A program made the position numbers and the translations under genes. The notes below the pieces were generated by a model. It was not told the origin of the DNA and made no database searches. It saw only the letters and a program-made list of their open reading frames with translations. From Candidatus Eiseniibacteriota bacterium (GTDB taxonomy: Bacteria; Eisenbacteria; RBG-16-71-46; CAVPCR01): a stretch of DNA of 64,000 nucleotides. Shown here piece after piece: positions 33,947 through 44,174 of the stretch. Location of the stretch: assembly GCA_963823555.1 (NCBI GenBank), contig CAWGMA010000001.1, positions 1,984,001-2,048,000 of the forward strand, written 5' to 3'. The first letter of the stretch is position 1. The number at the start of each line of letters is the position of its first letter.

Positions 33947-35317
33947 ATGCGCAGACGGACGCTCGCTGGCGGAGCGAACACCCTTGCCTCTCTCCTGTTG
34001 CTGATCGGCATCCTCATCGCCGTCAACTACCTCGCCGCGCGACACTCGATCCGGAGGGATCTGACGGCAAGCCAGGCCTTCACGCTCTCCGAGCAGACCA
34101 AGCGCGTTCTCGAGCGGCTCGATCGCGATGTGAACATCATCGCCTTCTACCGCTCGGGGGATGCAGCCGTCGAGCCGATGAGGGACCTGGTCAAGATGTA
34201 TGACGATCTCTCCCCGCACCTGAGCTTCGAGGTCGTCGACCCGGACCGGCAACCGGGACGGGCCAGCCGCTATCCGGGCCTCGAATACGGCATCACCATG
34301 ATCGATGCCGGCGATCGTTCCGAGCGCATCGACAAGGCGGACGAGCAGCTCCTGACCAACGCCATCATCCAGGCCACGCGCGAAGAGAAGAAGAAGATCG
34401 TCTTCGTGACCGGGCATGGCGAACGCGATGCGCTGGCCACCGACGACGAGGGCTACTCGAACCTGCGCGCCCGCCTGGTCAATGAAGGCTACGAGATCGA
34501 GATCCTGAACCTGGCCGAGCATCCCACCGTCCCCGCCGGCATCCGCGTCCTCGTCCTGGCCGGAGCCCGTAAGGAACTGCTGCCGAGCGAGGAGCAGGCG
34601 ATCGCCGCCTACCTGGCCGAGGGCGGATCCCTGTTCGTCCTCGCCGACCCGGCGCCCAACGCGGCCCATGAATCGCTCTTGCGCTCGTATGGGATCGAGA
34701 TGGGTCAGGACCTGATCCTCGACATCTCCGGCGTCGGTCGACTGTTCGGGGCCGATGAGTTCCTGCCGATGGGGCTTCAGTACGGGAGCCACCCGCTGGT
34801 CGAGGGCTTCACGCTGACGACCGTCTTTCCCCATTCCCGTTCGGTACGGACCGCGGATGGGGCGCCGCCCGATGTCACCGTGACCGAGATCGTCTTCACG
34901 GCGCAGGCGAGCTGGGCCGAATCCAATCCGGACCGGCGCCCCTACGAACCGGATGCCGACGACCGGCAGGGCCCCCTGTGCGTGATCGTCGCGGCATCGC
35001 GGCCGGTGGCCGCGAGCGCCGAGGGTGGGGCCGACTCGGCCACCGTCGCGCGCACCGCTCGAATCGTCGCCGCCGGGGATTCCGACTTCTGTGCGAACGG
35101 CTTCTCCCAGTTCGGCGGCAACCTGGATCTCGCGCTCAACGCCGTGAGCTGGCTGGCCGAGGAAGAAGATCTCATCGCCATCCGTCCCAAGGACCGCGAG
35201 GATCGCCGTGTCACGCTGACCGAGGGCCAGGCGATGACCGTGCGCTCGGTCCTGCTGCTCTTGATGCCACTGGCGGTGATCGCGATCGGCATCGGTGTCT
35301 GGTGGCGTCGGCGGTGA
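33947..35317 (+). CDS. GldG-family ABC auxiliary protein
   Basis: RDLT...FTLSEQT, VDPD, FVTGHGE, GDSDF, N.DL.LNAVSWL, C-terminal TM + WWRRR. Confidence 0.9.
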   Translation: MRRRTLAGGANTLASLLLLIGILIAVNYLAARHSIRRDLTASQAFTLSEQTKRVLERLDRDVNIIAFYRSGDAAVEPMRDLVKMYDDLSPHLSFEVVDPDRQPGRASRYPGLEYGITMIDAGDRSERIDKADEQLLTNAIIQATREEKKKIVFVTGHGERDALATDDEGYSNLRARLVNEGYEIEILNLAEHPTVPAGIRVLVLAGARKELLPSEEQAIAAYLAEGGSLFVLADPAPNAAHESLLRSYGIEMGQDLILDISGVGRLFGADEFLPMGLQYGSHPLVEGFTLTTVFPHSRSVRTADGAPPDVTVTEIVFTAQASWAESNPDRRPYEPDADDRQGPLCVIVAASRPVAASAEGGADSATVARTARIVAAGDSDFCANGFSQFGGNLDLALNAVSWLAEEEDLIAIRPKDREDRRVTLTEGQAMTVRSVLLLLMPLAVIAIGIGVWWRRR

Positions 35318-35348
35318 CCATGAGCCATGAATAGCGGCTGGTCATAAG

Positions 35349-36776
35349 ATGCGGGCGCGGGGCACTCTCATCCTGTTCGCGATCTTCGTTGCCGTCGCGG
35401 GCTATATCTATGTCGTCGACCGGCGCTCCTCGCGCCCGGATGAGGGCGCCCCCACCAACCTGGTCCTCGATCTCGATCCAGCGGCGATCGACGCCGTTCG
35501 CATCGCCTGGCAGGAGTCGACGATTGCCCTTGCCCGCCGTGACGGTCGCTGGCAGGTGACCGAACCCATCCGCACCCTCGCCGACGAGACGGCGGTCGCC
35601 AGACTGACCGCAGCCTTCGATTCCCTGACCGCCGAGCGGAGGATTCCCTGGGCCGACATCGATTCGACGGCGACCGGGCTCGACGCTCCCTGGGCGCTCA
35701 TCGAGTTCCAGGCTGGTGATTCGCTCTACCACGAGGTCGCGGTCGGGGCCCTGAATCCGACCGGGAGCGCATACTATGCGCGGATCGACCACGAACCGGA
35801 AATGGTCCTGCTCGACCTCGACACCGTGCATTCCCCGTTCAGGAGCCAGCTGATCTCGCTCCGGGAGCGGCGCATCCTCCATTTCGATCCCGAGGCGGCG
35901 CGGTACATCGAGCTTGCCGGCAACGGGCGGCGGATCGAGCTCGGCGCCGAGGACGGTGCGTGGCGGCTTGTGAACCCACCCCTGGCCGCCGATCAGAGTG
36001 CCGTGCGCGAGCTCCTGACGCGGCTGACCGGACTCGAGGCCGGCTCCTTCACCACCGAGTCGCCGGGTGAAGCCGATCTCGAGCGGGTCGGGCTCGAGCC
36101 CCCGCTCATGACGGTGGTCGTTCGCGGCGCAGGGGATTCCCTGCTGGCGCACCTCGAGGTAGGCGCCGCAACCGCCCATTCCGGATTCTTCGAGCTGGGC
36201 ACGGGCCGCGAGAAGCCCGGACGCTTCGCCCGCGGGGATGTCCTGCCGGCCATCGCCATCGTCCCCGATCTCGATCCCGACGAGCTCGTGCCATCCACGT
36301 TCCAGCTCCGCGACAAGCGCCTCTTCGACCTCGGGGGCGCGGAGATCGATAGTCTCGAGGTCACCGGTGGAAACCTGACGGTCGCCGCGGGTCGTGACTC
36401 GGCGGGCGAATTCCACCGGGTCGCGGAGAGCGGGGCGGCCAGCAAGGACGTGGATGAGAACATGACCCGCCTGGCGGCGAACCTACCGCAGATCACGGTC
36501 ACCCAGTTCGCCGACGAGAACGCGCTCGGCCCGTCCGCCCTCCGTCGCTTCGGCCTCGACCCGGGTCATCTCCGCCTGCGCCTTCGCCTCTCCGACGGCG
36601 GGACTCGCATCCTGCTTCTCGGCGATGCCGCGCCGCGGGGACTTGGCGTGTACGCGCACCGGACCGGCACGCCAGGCGTGGTCGTCGTCGGACATGCCAC
36701 AGCTGGCGATCTGCTCGATCTCGTCTTCGGGCAACGGACGCTCCCCCCTCCCACCTCGGAGCGCTCTGGGTCATAA
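35349..36776 (+). CDS. DUF4340-domain protein
   Basis: N-terminal TM, repeated W...P...AD...GL..P units, follows gldG-like gene. Confidence 0.8.
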   Translation: MRARGTLILFAIFVAVAGYIYVVDRRSSRPDEGAPTNLVLDLDPAAIDAVRIAWQESTIALARRDGRWQVTEPIRTLADETAVARLTAAFDSLTAERRIPWADIDSTATGLDAPWALIEFQAGDSLYHEVAVGALNPTGSAYYARIDHEPEMVLLDLDTVHSPFRSQLISLRERRILHFDPEAARYIELAGNGRRIELGAEDGAWRLVNPPLAADQSAVRELLTRLTGLEAGSFTTESPGEADLERVGLEPPLMTVVVRGAGDSLLAHLEVGAATAHSGFFELGTGREKPGRFARGDVLPAIAIVPDLDPDELVPSTFQLRDKRLFDLGGAEIDSLEVTGGNLTVAAGRDSAGEFHRVAESGAASKDVDENMTRLAANLPQITVTQFADENALGPSALRRFGLDPGHLRLRLRLSDGGTRILLLGDAAPRGLGVYAHRTGTPGVVVVGHATAGDLLDLVFGQRTLPPPTSERSGS

Positions 36777-36926
36777 GGCCCGGCCTCGCCGCGACGGTGT
36801 GTAAAGAGGCAAGGTCGCCGCCTGACAGCCGAAATCAATGAACGAGGAAGGCCGTCCCCCGGCAGCCGCGCCGTGGACGGGGGGAGAGCAGTGGTGGCCC
36901 AGCCGGATAGCCGGCAGTGAGACATC

Positions 36927-37694
36927 ATGCGCAGCACGTACTACTCGCGGAAAGAGGGCCGTGATCGCTGGGAGCTCGAGTCCACCTTGCTCTTCATGAT
37001 GACTTCGGTGCTCAAGAGCCGCACCGAGACCGGGCTCGAGTCCAACACGGTCTACTACGACGAGGACGTGAACGTCTATCTGGCCGGTCTCCTCGCCCAG
37101 TATCTCGACCCCGCGCACGCGCAATGGACCGCCCCGATGATCTCCCGTTTTGATACCGACATCGCGAACATGACTCGCCACTCCACGGAGCGCGAGAAGT
37201 ACTGGATCTACAAGGCCAACGCCGATCATCTGATGCTCACCCTGGGCATCTTCGAGCCCCCGCCGGATACGGACACAGCTCTCTCCCTGGGCACGTCGTT
37301 GCGCGAATACCGGGTATACGTGGGGCGAGGCGGCACGTATTATGAACTGGCTGCATCCTACGGACGCACCCTCGCCCGGCGCCTCACGGCCTCGATCGAG
37401 GTGCTCGAGAAGCTGTCACGGGGATTCGAGGGATACGTCACGATCTTGAACCACCTTCGCTCGCACTACTTCAACCTCATCGATCGACTGAGCCACGAGG
37501 GGATGGAGGCGATCCAGCAGGCCATCGCGGACGAGGCCCGTTCGGTCGAATTCAGGGAGCAGGTCGATCGGCTGCTCGACCTGTACCTGGAGTGGCAGCG
37601 CACAGGCGACCCGGATCTGGTGCCGATCATGCAGGAAGCCGTAGCCACGATCCGGGCCACTGATCCCGACTTCCACTTCGACATCCCGAAGTAG
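36927..37694 (+). CDS. Helical hypothetical protein
   Basis: 255-aa ORF with coding-like codon use; DEDVNVYLAGLL, YVGRGGTYY. Confidence 0.8.
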   Translation: MRSTYYSRKEGRDRWELESTLLFMMTSVLKSRTETGLESNTVYYDEDVNVYLAGLLAQYLDPAHAQWTAPMISRFDTDIANMTRHSTEREKYWIYKANADHLMLTLGIFEPPPDTDTALSLGTSLREYRVYVGRGGTYYELAASYGRTLARRLTASIEVLEKLSRGFEGYVTILNHLRSHYFNLIDRLSHEGMEAIQQAIADEARSVEFREQVDRLLDLYLEWQRTGDPDLVPIMQEAVATIRATDPDFHFDIPK

Positions 37695-37731
37695 CCGCGA
37701 CCGTCCACCCCGCGCAGAGGAAGGCGCCGAC

Positions 37732-38307
37732 ATGACGCGACACAGGGCCATCCCCATCTTCATTGGAATCCTGGCAGCCACGCTGGCGGCTCAAGCCGCC
37801 TACCCCGAGGAAGGATCCAAGAAGGCAGCACCGCCGCCCCCCGGCACCCGCACCGAAGATCTGTCCGGGATATGGGAAGTCCGACTGAACGGCAAGCTCG
37901 TAGGATCTTCTCTGCTCTGCCAGGCGGTTCCCCCGCTCAACCTGAGCTGGCGTGACACCGTATCCAGCGCACGCAATCTCGAGGAGCTGGTCGATGCCCT
38001 GGTCCCGGACAGTTCCCGCGTTTGGTTCGACCGCGCCTGCCGTCCCCGCTACAAGGGGAACACCGTGGCTGCATCCTGCCGCATCCCGATGACGTATGCC
38101 CAGCCCTGCGTCCTCGTGGCCGACATCGAGTTCAACGGCGTCATGCGCGACCACGACCACGTCAGCGGAACCGGCGGCGGGGATGTCTCTCTGGCCGGGA
38201 CGGGCGTCTGCCCGCAGGCGAGCTGCCCGAGTGAGATCACCCTCGTCGCCCATCGCGTCGGGCCCGTGCCCCGGGCGGATGTGGAACACCCAGGCGCCTC
38301 TCGATAG
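37732..38307 (+). CDS. Secreted hypothetical protein with six Cys
   Basis: Signal peptide (AQA-A), probable disulfides. Confidence 0.7.
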   Translation: MTRHRAIPIFIGILAATLAAQAAYPEEGSKKAAPPPPGTRTEDLSGIWEVRLNGKLVGSSLLCQAVPPLNLSWRDTVSSARNLEELVDALVPDSSRVWFDRACRPRYKGNTVAASCRIPMTYAQPCVLVADIEFNGVMRDHDHVSGTGGGDVSLAGTGVCPQASCPSEITLVAHRVGPVPRADVEHPGASR

Positions 38308-38502
38308 CCGTTCGGGGCGGCCCCGGCGCCCCGAGGCGACCCCTTCCTGCGGGTCCGGCCGACCTTGCAGCCACCCCGGCCAGCGGGTACCCTCCCGCGG
38401 GGCGCGAGGCCATCCCCGGCTCTCGATCGAGCGCCTCGACTGGCGCGCCGGCGCGCGGGCGCGACCATGTCGCGCTGGTCCGATCCAACTCGAGGAGACG
38501 TT

Positions 38503-39039
38503 ATGCGTCTACGCGTTCTCGTGATGGTTGCCGCACTTGGGCTCATGGTTGCGGCAGCGGCATGCCAGAAACAGGAACAAGCCGCGCACGAAGGCGGCCA
38601 GCCGGCGGAGACCGCCGCCGATGCGGGTGGTGAAGCAGCGGTTCCGGCTACAGAAGCGCCGGCGACGGGGGATCCGATGGCCGGTGTGGATGCGAGCAAG
38701 CTGACCGCGACTCCGTCCGGTCTCAAGTACGTGGATCTCGTGGCCGGCAGTGGCGAGACACCCAAGACCGGGCAGACCGTGGCCGTGCACTATACGGGCT
38801 GGCTCACCGACGGCACGAAGTTCGACAGCTCGATCGATCGTGGAGAGCCGTTCCGGTTCCCGCTCGGCCAGGGCAACGTGATCAAGGGTTGGGACGAGGG
38901 GGTCGCCACCATGCAAGTCGGTGGCAAGCGCAAGCTCGTCATCCCGCCGAATCTGGCCTATGGCGAGCGCGGATACCCGCCCGTCATCCCACCCAACTCC
39001 GAACTCATCTTCGACGTCGAGTTGCTCAACGTCGAGTAG
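38503..39039 (+). CDS. FKBP-type peptidyl-prolyl isomerase, lipoprotein
   Basis: Lipobox [38 protein letters not shown]. Confidence 0.97.
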   Translation: MRLRVLVMVAALGLMVAAAACQKQEQAAHEGGQPAETAADAGGEAAVPATEAPATGDPMAGVDASKLTATPSGLKYVDLVAGSGETPKTGQTVAVHYTGWLTDGTKFDSSIDRGEPFRFPLGQGNVIKGWDEGVATMQVGGKRKLVIPPNLAYGERGYPPVIPPNSELIFDVELLNVE

Positions 39040-39110
39040 GCGGCATTCCGTTCATCTCGGGGCGCCGGGATGCGGCCTCGAGCCGTCGTCCTGGTCGCCA
39101 TCGAGGACCC

Positions 39111-39161
39111 AACCGGGGTCCGGAGGCGTCTCGCCGAGGGCGCTCCGGACCCCGGTTCTTT
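39111..39161 (+). terminator. Long hairpin/terminator after the FKBP gene
   Basis: AACCGGGGTCCGGAG...CTCCGGACCCCGGTT (15-bp perfect arms) followed by CTTT. Confidence 0.7.
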
Positions 39162-39414
39162 GCGGCGCCGGAAGCTCGCGAGCGCGACCGCATTCGACTC
39201 GAGCGGCCATCACCCTGAACCGCTCCCTCTCTTCGGGCTACAACTCGGACCCGAGACGTGCTACGGTGCATCGCACACGCCACGATCGCGCTGCGTGTCC
39301 CGGCTTCCGCCAATCACCAGCTCAGGATCATTCACTCGTCCCAGCTGATCGCGACCCGCCGATCAACGTAAGAACCCTGCGGTCATCTGAAGGAGCCTCA
39401 GGACGGGAGGAATC

Positions 39415-40206
39415 ATGTCTGATACCGCCGATATCCAGGCCAATCTCGAGGAAACGCTCAAGGGAGAGATCCTTCGCATGTATCAAGAGGTCGCCGATCA
39501 TCCCGAGGCGGAGTTCCATTTCTTCCACGGGCGCGAAGCAGCCGAGCTCTTCGAGTACGATCGCGTTCTTCTCGATCGCGCACCGGCGGGAGCGGTCCAC
39601 TCATTCGCCGGGGTGGGAAATCCTCATCTGCGAGCGGCCCTGCAGCCCGGAGAGACCGTTCTCGACCTCGGAAGCGGGGCCGGGCTCGACTCCATCCTGG
39701 CCTCCTGGCAGGTGGGCCCGTCCGGGAGAGTGATCGGGGTGGATCTCAACCCCTCCATGTGCACGAAGGCCCAGGCCCTGGCGGCGGCCAGCGGCGCCGC
39801 CATGGAGTGCCAGTCGGGAGCGATGGAAGACATCCCACTCCCCGATGAGAGCGTGGACGTCGTCTTGTCGAACGGAGTGATCAACCTCTCGTTCCGCAAG
39901 CGACGCGTCATCCAGGAGATGTTTCGCGTGCTCAAGCCTGGCGGTCGGATCTCGATCACCGATATCGTGAGCGCCAAACAGCTCTCGGACGCGATCGTCA
40001 ACGACCCCAAGTTATGGGCCAGCTGAATCGGCGGCGCTCTCCTGGAAGGAGAGATGTTCCGGCTGATCGAAGAGAGCGGCTTCACGCGGGTCAAGTCGGC
40101 CGTCGTACCCAGGTTCCGCTTCCGCAAGTCGGCGACGCAGAACTCAGCCGAGGCCTATGGCGTCAAGGCGGTGATGATGACCGCGCTCAAGCCGACCGGA
40201 ACGTAG
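39415..40206 (+). CDS. ArsM-like SAM-dependent methyltransferase, selenoprotein (Sec at TGA 40024-40026), 263 aa
   Basis: VLDLGSGAGLD, SNGVINL, RVLKPGG; LWAS-TGA-IGGAL continues in frame to TAG 40206; SECIS hairpin follows. Confidence 0.9.
40027..40067 (+). promoter_or_regulatory. Bacterial SECIS element
   Basis: Upper stem CTCTCCT-GGA-AGGAGAG (40037-40053), lower stem ATCGGC/GCTGAT, directly 3' of the UGA. Confidence 0.8.
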
Positions 40207-40236
40207 GGGGCATTGCCGGGGACGCGTCCGGGGTCT

Positions 40237-41148
40237 TCAGGGGGTCCGATCTCTCCTGAGAAGTTCTAGCAGGCCTTCGGGATAGAGCGCGACCCCGGTT
40301 CCTTCGAGCTCGTCGAGCGCCACCCAGCGAGCTCGCGACTCCCATCCGGCTTCGTTGAGCGGCAGCTCGGGCTCCAGGTACAAGGCCGCATCGCCCAGAC
40401 GGCCAGTGAAGACAAAGACGATCTCGTGCCCGGGTCGCCCCTCGTGCATGAACGTGTTCTCGATGACGCCGAGCAGCTCGAGCTCCGTCGCTTCGGTGCC
40501 CAGTTCCTCGACCACCTCGCGCCCGATCGCCTCCTCGGCCCGCTCGCCGAACTCGATCGCCCCGCCCAGCGGCCGGCAGAACTCCTGCTGCTTGACCGAG
40601 TCGAAAGCACGGGCGACGAGGATGCGGTCGCCATTCTGGAACACGCAGATTGCGATCGGCCGGATACGCCGCGCTTCCTGATCGGCTACTCCGGGTCCCG
40701 GCGCGCCGGGATTGTGGGCGCGGAGCTGCTGGACGATCTCGCCTTCGTTCCACTCGCCCCACCGTTCCCTGATCCGGCCCCGTGCGCAGCGCAGGATCTC
40801 GATGCCGGCGAACCGGATCTCACATCCCGTGGCCGGGAACCCGAGGAATCTCCCTCGCTGCGTTCCCACTGCCGACCAGCGGACGGCCACGAACCCCGCT
40901 TCAGGATCCGCAGCCAGGTCCTCCACGGTTGCGGTGAAATCCGGGAAGGAGGAATAGAGAGCAGCCACTCCATTCCAGAAGCCGGCGAGATTCGGCTCCC
41001 GACCGGCCGCGCTGTGATCGACGAACGCCGGATCATGAAGGTCGGTGAAGGCATCGAGGTCGGGATCCTGCCAACCGCAACGTATCCACCGCCGGGCAAG
41101 GTCGCAGAGCCCAGCTCGCGAATCGGGTTCGGGGATCGGCTCGGGCAC
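40237..41148 (-). CDS. SnoaL-like ester cyclase fused to a Nudix hydrolase
   Basis: FPDF..TVED...VAVRW...GTQRG.FLG.PATG; then PLGGAIEFGE...AIGREVVEELG (Nudix box). Confidence 0.82.
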   Translation of the reverse strand: MPEPIPEPDSRAGLCDLARRWIRCGWQDPDLDAFTDLHDPAFVDHSAAGREPNLAGFWNGVAALYSSFPDFTATVEDLAADPEAGFVAVRWSAVGTQRGRFLGFPATGCEIRFAGIEILRCARGRIRERWGEWNEGEIVQQLRAHNPGAPGPGVADQEARRIRPIAICVFQNGDRILVARAFDSVKQQEFCRPLGGAIEFGERAEEAIGREVVEELGTEATELELLGVIENTFMHEGRPGHEIVFVFTGRLGDAALYLEPELPLNEAGWESRARWVALDELEGTGVALYPEGLLELLRRDRTP

Positions 41149-41153
41149 CGCGG

Positions 41154-42377
41154 CTACCTCTCTTGGGCCCGCTCAGAGGTCGCACCGGGACGATAGAACG
41201 ACAACCCGACCGCGGCCACGGCAGCGAAGCCCGCGCCGGCCATGAACGTGGCTTCCGGGCCGATGGCGCTCCACAGGCTTCCAGCCACCAGGCTCGCGAG
41301 CAAGAGGGCACCACCGGTGACCAGATTGAAGACTCCGAAGGCGCTGCCACGAAGGTCGGCGGGAGCCGTGTCCGCCACGAGTTTCGAGAGCAATCCCTGC
41401 GTCAGTCCCATGTGCGCCCCCCAGAGGGCGGTGCCGAGAAAGGCCCACAGCGGCGTGTCGGCCGCCGCCAGCACCAGATCGGAGATGACGAGGACGACGA
41501 GCCCGATGATCAGCAACATGCGCCGGCTCAGGCGATCGGCGGCCATCCCGGCGGGATAGGCCAGGGCGGCATAGACGACGTTCATCACCACCATCACGAG
41601 CGGCACGAAGCCGATGGCGATCCCTACACTCTGGGCGCGCAGGATGAGAAATGCCTCGCTGAAACGGGCCAGGGTGAGAATCGCTCCCAGGAGCACGATG
41701 AGCCAGTAGCGTCGCGGCAAGCGGCGGGCGCTGGCGAGGATGGGATGCGGCCCCTTGGGCCCCGGGGTCAGTTCGCGCTCCGGCTCGCGCACCGCGAGTA
41801 CGAGGACCAGGACGGCGATCGCCGCCGGCAGCGACGCCACCCACAGGACGGCACGCAGGTCATCCGCGAACCACGCCATGAAGGCGACGGCCAGCAGCGG
41901 ACCGACGAAAGCTCCCACCGAATCGAGGGACTGGCGCAGCCCGTAGGCGGCGCCGAGCATCTGCGGTGGAGTGAGGTCCGCCACCAGGGCATCGCGGGGC
42001 GCGCCGCGGATTCCCTTGCCGACGCGGTCGACAAAGCGTGCGCTGAAGACCCATGCCACCGACGTCGCCAGGGGAAACACCGGCTTGGTGGCCGCTCCGA
42101 GCCCGTAGCCGAGAACGGCAAGCGTCTTGCGCTTCTTCACGCGATCGCTGATGACGCCCGAGAACACCTTGGTGACCGCGGCCGTTCCCTCGGCGATGCC
42201 CTCGATGACACCGATCGTGACCATGCTCGCGCCGAGAACCGTGGTGAGGAAGATCGGCAAGAGGCTGTGCACCAGCTCGGAGGACACGTCCATGAACAGC
42301 GACACGAAGCCGAGAGCCCATATGCTCTTCGGCAGGTTGCGCGGCGCGCCGCTCCCGGCCTTAGAACCCGCCACCAC
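41154..42377 (-). CDS. MFS transporter
   Basis: SLFMDVSSE, SGVISDRVKKRK, DRVGKGIRGAPRDAL; GGAGG SD inside the upstream poly-Gly tail. Confidence 0.93.
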   Translation of the reverse strand: MVAGSKAGSGAPRNLPKSIWALGFVSLFMDVSSELVHSLLPIFLTTVLGASMVTIGVIEGIAEGTAAVTKVFSGVISDRVKKRKTLAVLGYGLGAATKPVFPLATSVAWVFSARFVDRVGKGIRGAPRDALVADLTPPQMLGAAYGLRQSLDSVGAFVGPLLAVAFMAWFADDLRAVLWVASLPAAIAVLVLVLAVREPERELTPGPKGPHPILASARRLPRRYWLIVLLGAILTLARFSEAFLILRAQSVGIAIGFVPLVMVVMNVVYAALAYPAGMAADRLSRRMLLIIGLVVLVISDLVLAAADTPLWAFLGTALWGAHMGLTQGLLSKLVADTAPADLRGSAFGVFNLVTGGALLLASLVAGSLWSAIGPEATFMAGAGFAAVAAVGLSFYRPGATSERAQER

Positions 42378-44151
42378 CGCCGCCTCCTCCGCCGCCGCCA
42401 GAGGACCCGCCGCCGCCGAAGCCGGAGGATCCCGATCCACGCGGCGAGGAGGCCATCACCGCCGCCGCCCGCGTGGTCATGCGTCCCATGTCATTCACGA
42501 AGTGCGACGCCCGGAAGCTCGAGACATCCTGGCCGCGATACCACGCGGGCGGCTGATTGCAGATATCGCCGAACGCGGCCACCCAGCGGCGTTCGACGCC
42601 GAGGGCCATCGCGAACGGGAGATACGCCTCGAACAGCTCGGGCGTCCGCGCCAGGCGCTCGAAGCGGTCTCGTTCGGCACGGCCCAGGAACTCGGCAAAG
42701 CCGATCACCTCCTCCTGGACCCGCGCGCCGCGGATGGTCCGGGCCGGCATGACCAGAGCGAATCCGCTCCCGATCAGGGCGCTCAGGACCCCGGCCGCGA
42801 TCCACGTCGACTCGGCCATGCCCGCGCCGCGGGTGAGCGTGATCCCGGCCCAGGCGAGGACCGCCGAGCCGACGAGGACGCTCACCAGCGTGTGCTTGCG
42901 CACCCGATCCGGGCGCTGGCGGTAGTAGCCACGCTGGACCAGGGCGACGAAGATCCGATCCCGGATCCGCGGCAGCTCGCGATAGAACTTGTTCTCGAGA
43001 TCGGAGAGCTCGACCCGCTCACCCGCGGCGAAGAGACCGTCGAGAACCGCCTGCTCGTGTGGCCTGAGCTTCGCGGCGTCCGGCGACGTCCCCCCAGCAG
43101 CCGGGGGCGACCGGCGCTCGAACACGTACTCCTTGCTCGACCACAGACCGAGGAGCTTCGACTCGTTCTTCTCTTCGATGACGAGATGCCCACGCACGGC
43201 GAGATCGACGATGGTGGCCGTGATGTCCCGCATGTCGGGCTGATGATCGGCCAGCGTTCCTACCTCGGCCGGCGACAGCTCCGCCGGCGGTTCGTAGCGC
43301 ACGCTCACCGGCTCCCGGTGCGGGTCCCGCCCGCGCCGGCGCCACAGCTCGAACATGAGGACGAAGACAGCGAGCGGCATGATGAGCGGCCAGTTGCTGC
43401 GGAGGAACAGCCAAGCCCTCGCGGCGGCCCCGGGTTCGGTCACGAAACCCTTGTCCCAGCCGATGACAACGGTGAGCCCCTCGCGGAACGCGAGCTCGCG
43501 CTGCATGGCGAAGCGGATGATGTTGCCGGCGACGGTGACCTCGGCCTCGCGTTCGCGGGAGCCGTAGCCGCCGGTGAACGCCAGCGTACGGACTCCGGTC
43601 ACGCCCCGCGGGAGCTCGACGGTAGCCGTCGCCGCCCGGATCGGGACCTCCCATTCATCGCCCGTGATGTTCCAGTAGAGCTCGTCGTGGTCCGTGAAGA
43701 AGAGGAGTGCGTTGGGAATACGATACCTGAGGACGATCGTCCGCGTCGCGTTCTCCGCCCCAGGCACCCAGATCCGGAAGCGGCGGTAGTGACGCACCCG
43801 GCTCGTCTCGACCTTGAGCGCCTCCCCGCGGTCATCGGTGGCGCCTCCGAGGTCGAGCGCGAGGCTCTTGTTGAAACCCTGCGGGGTGCGGTACTCAACC
43901 GGGATGTCGCGATAGAGACCGTTCCACCGACCTTCGAAGTGGACCCGGATGGTCTCGGTAAGGAGGATCCCGCCATCCTGCTCCACCCGCACGTGGGCGT
44001 CGAAGCTCTCGATGACGAGCGAGCGGGCGGCTGCGGGCAGCGCCGTGAAGAGGAGGAAAGTGAGGAGAAGAGCACTGGAAGTGCACGCCCGATGGAACGC
44101 GCCGTCGCGCACCGTACGCGGACCATGGCTCATGGGCATGTCATGCGCCAC
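42361..44151 (-). CDS. DUF2207 membrane protein
   Basis: DELYWNITGDEW, ATIVDLAVRG, LPFAMALGV, C-terminal GGGGSSGGGGGGGGGGGF; follows lemA. Confidence 0.92.
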   Translation of the reverse strand: MAHDMPMSHGPRTVRDGAFHRACTSSALLLTFLLFTALPAAARSLVIESFDAHVRVEQDGGILLTETIRVHFEGRWNGLYRDIPVEYRTPQGFNKSLALDLGGATDDRGEALKVETSRVRHYRRFRIWVPGAENATRTIVLRYRIPNALLFFTDHDELYWNITGDEWEVPIRAATATVELPRGVTGVRTLAFTGGYGSREREAEVTVAGNIIRFAMQRELAFREGLTVVIGWDKGFVTEPGAAARAWLFLRSNWPLIMPLAVFVLMFELWRRRGRDPHREPVSVRYEPPAELSPAEVGTLADHQPDMRDITATIVDLAVRGHLVIEEKNESKLLGLWSSKEYVFERRSPPAAGGTSPDAAKLRPHEQAVLDGLFAAGERVELSDLENKFYRELPRIRDRIFVALVQRGYYRQRPDRVRKHTLVSVLVGSAVLAWAGITLTRGAGMAESTWIAAGVLSALIGSGFALVMPARTIRGARVQEEVIGFAEFLGRAERDRFERLARTPELFEAYLPFAMALGVERRWVAAFGDICNQPPAWYRGQDVSSFRASHFVNDMGRMTTRAAAVMASSPRGSGSSGFGGGGSSGGGGGGGGGGGF

Positions 44152-44174
44152 GCACCCTCCCGAACACGCCCTGA

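Noticed and set aside
32127..36776. Evidence of Bacteroidota-type gliding motility
   Set aside because: GldA/F/G-like ABC systems with DUF4340 are widespread in non-gliders; no gldK-N or sprB here.
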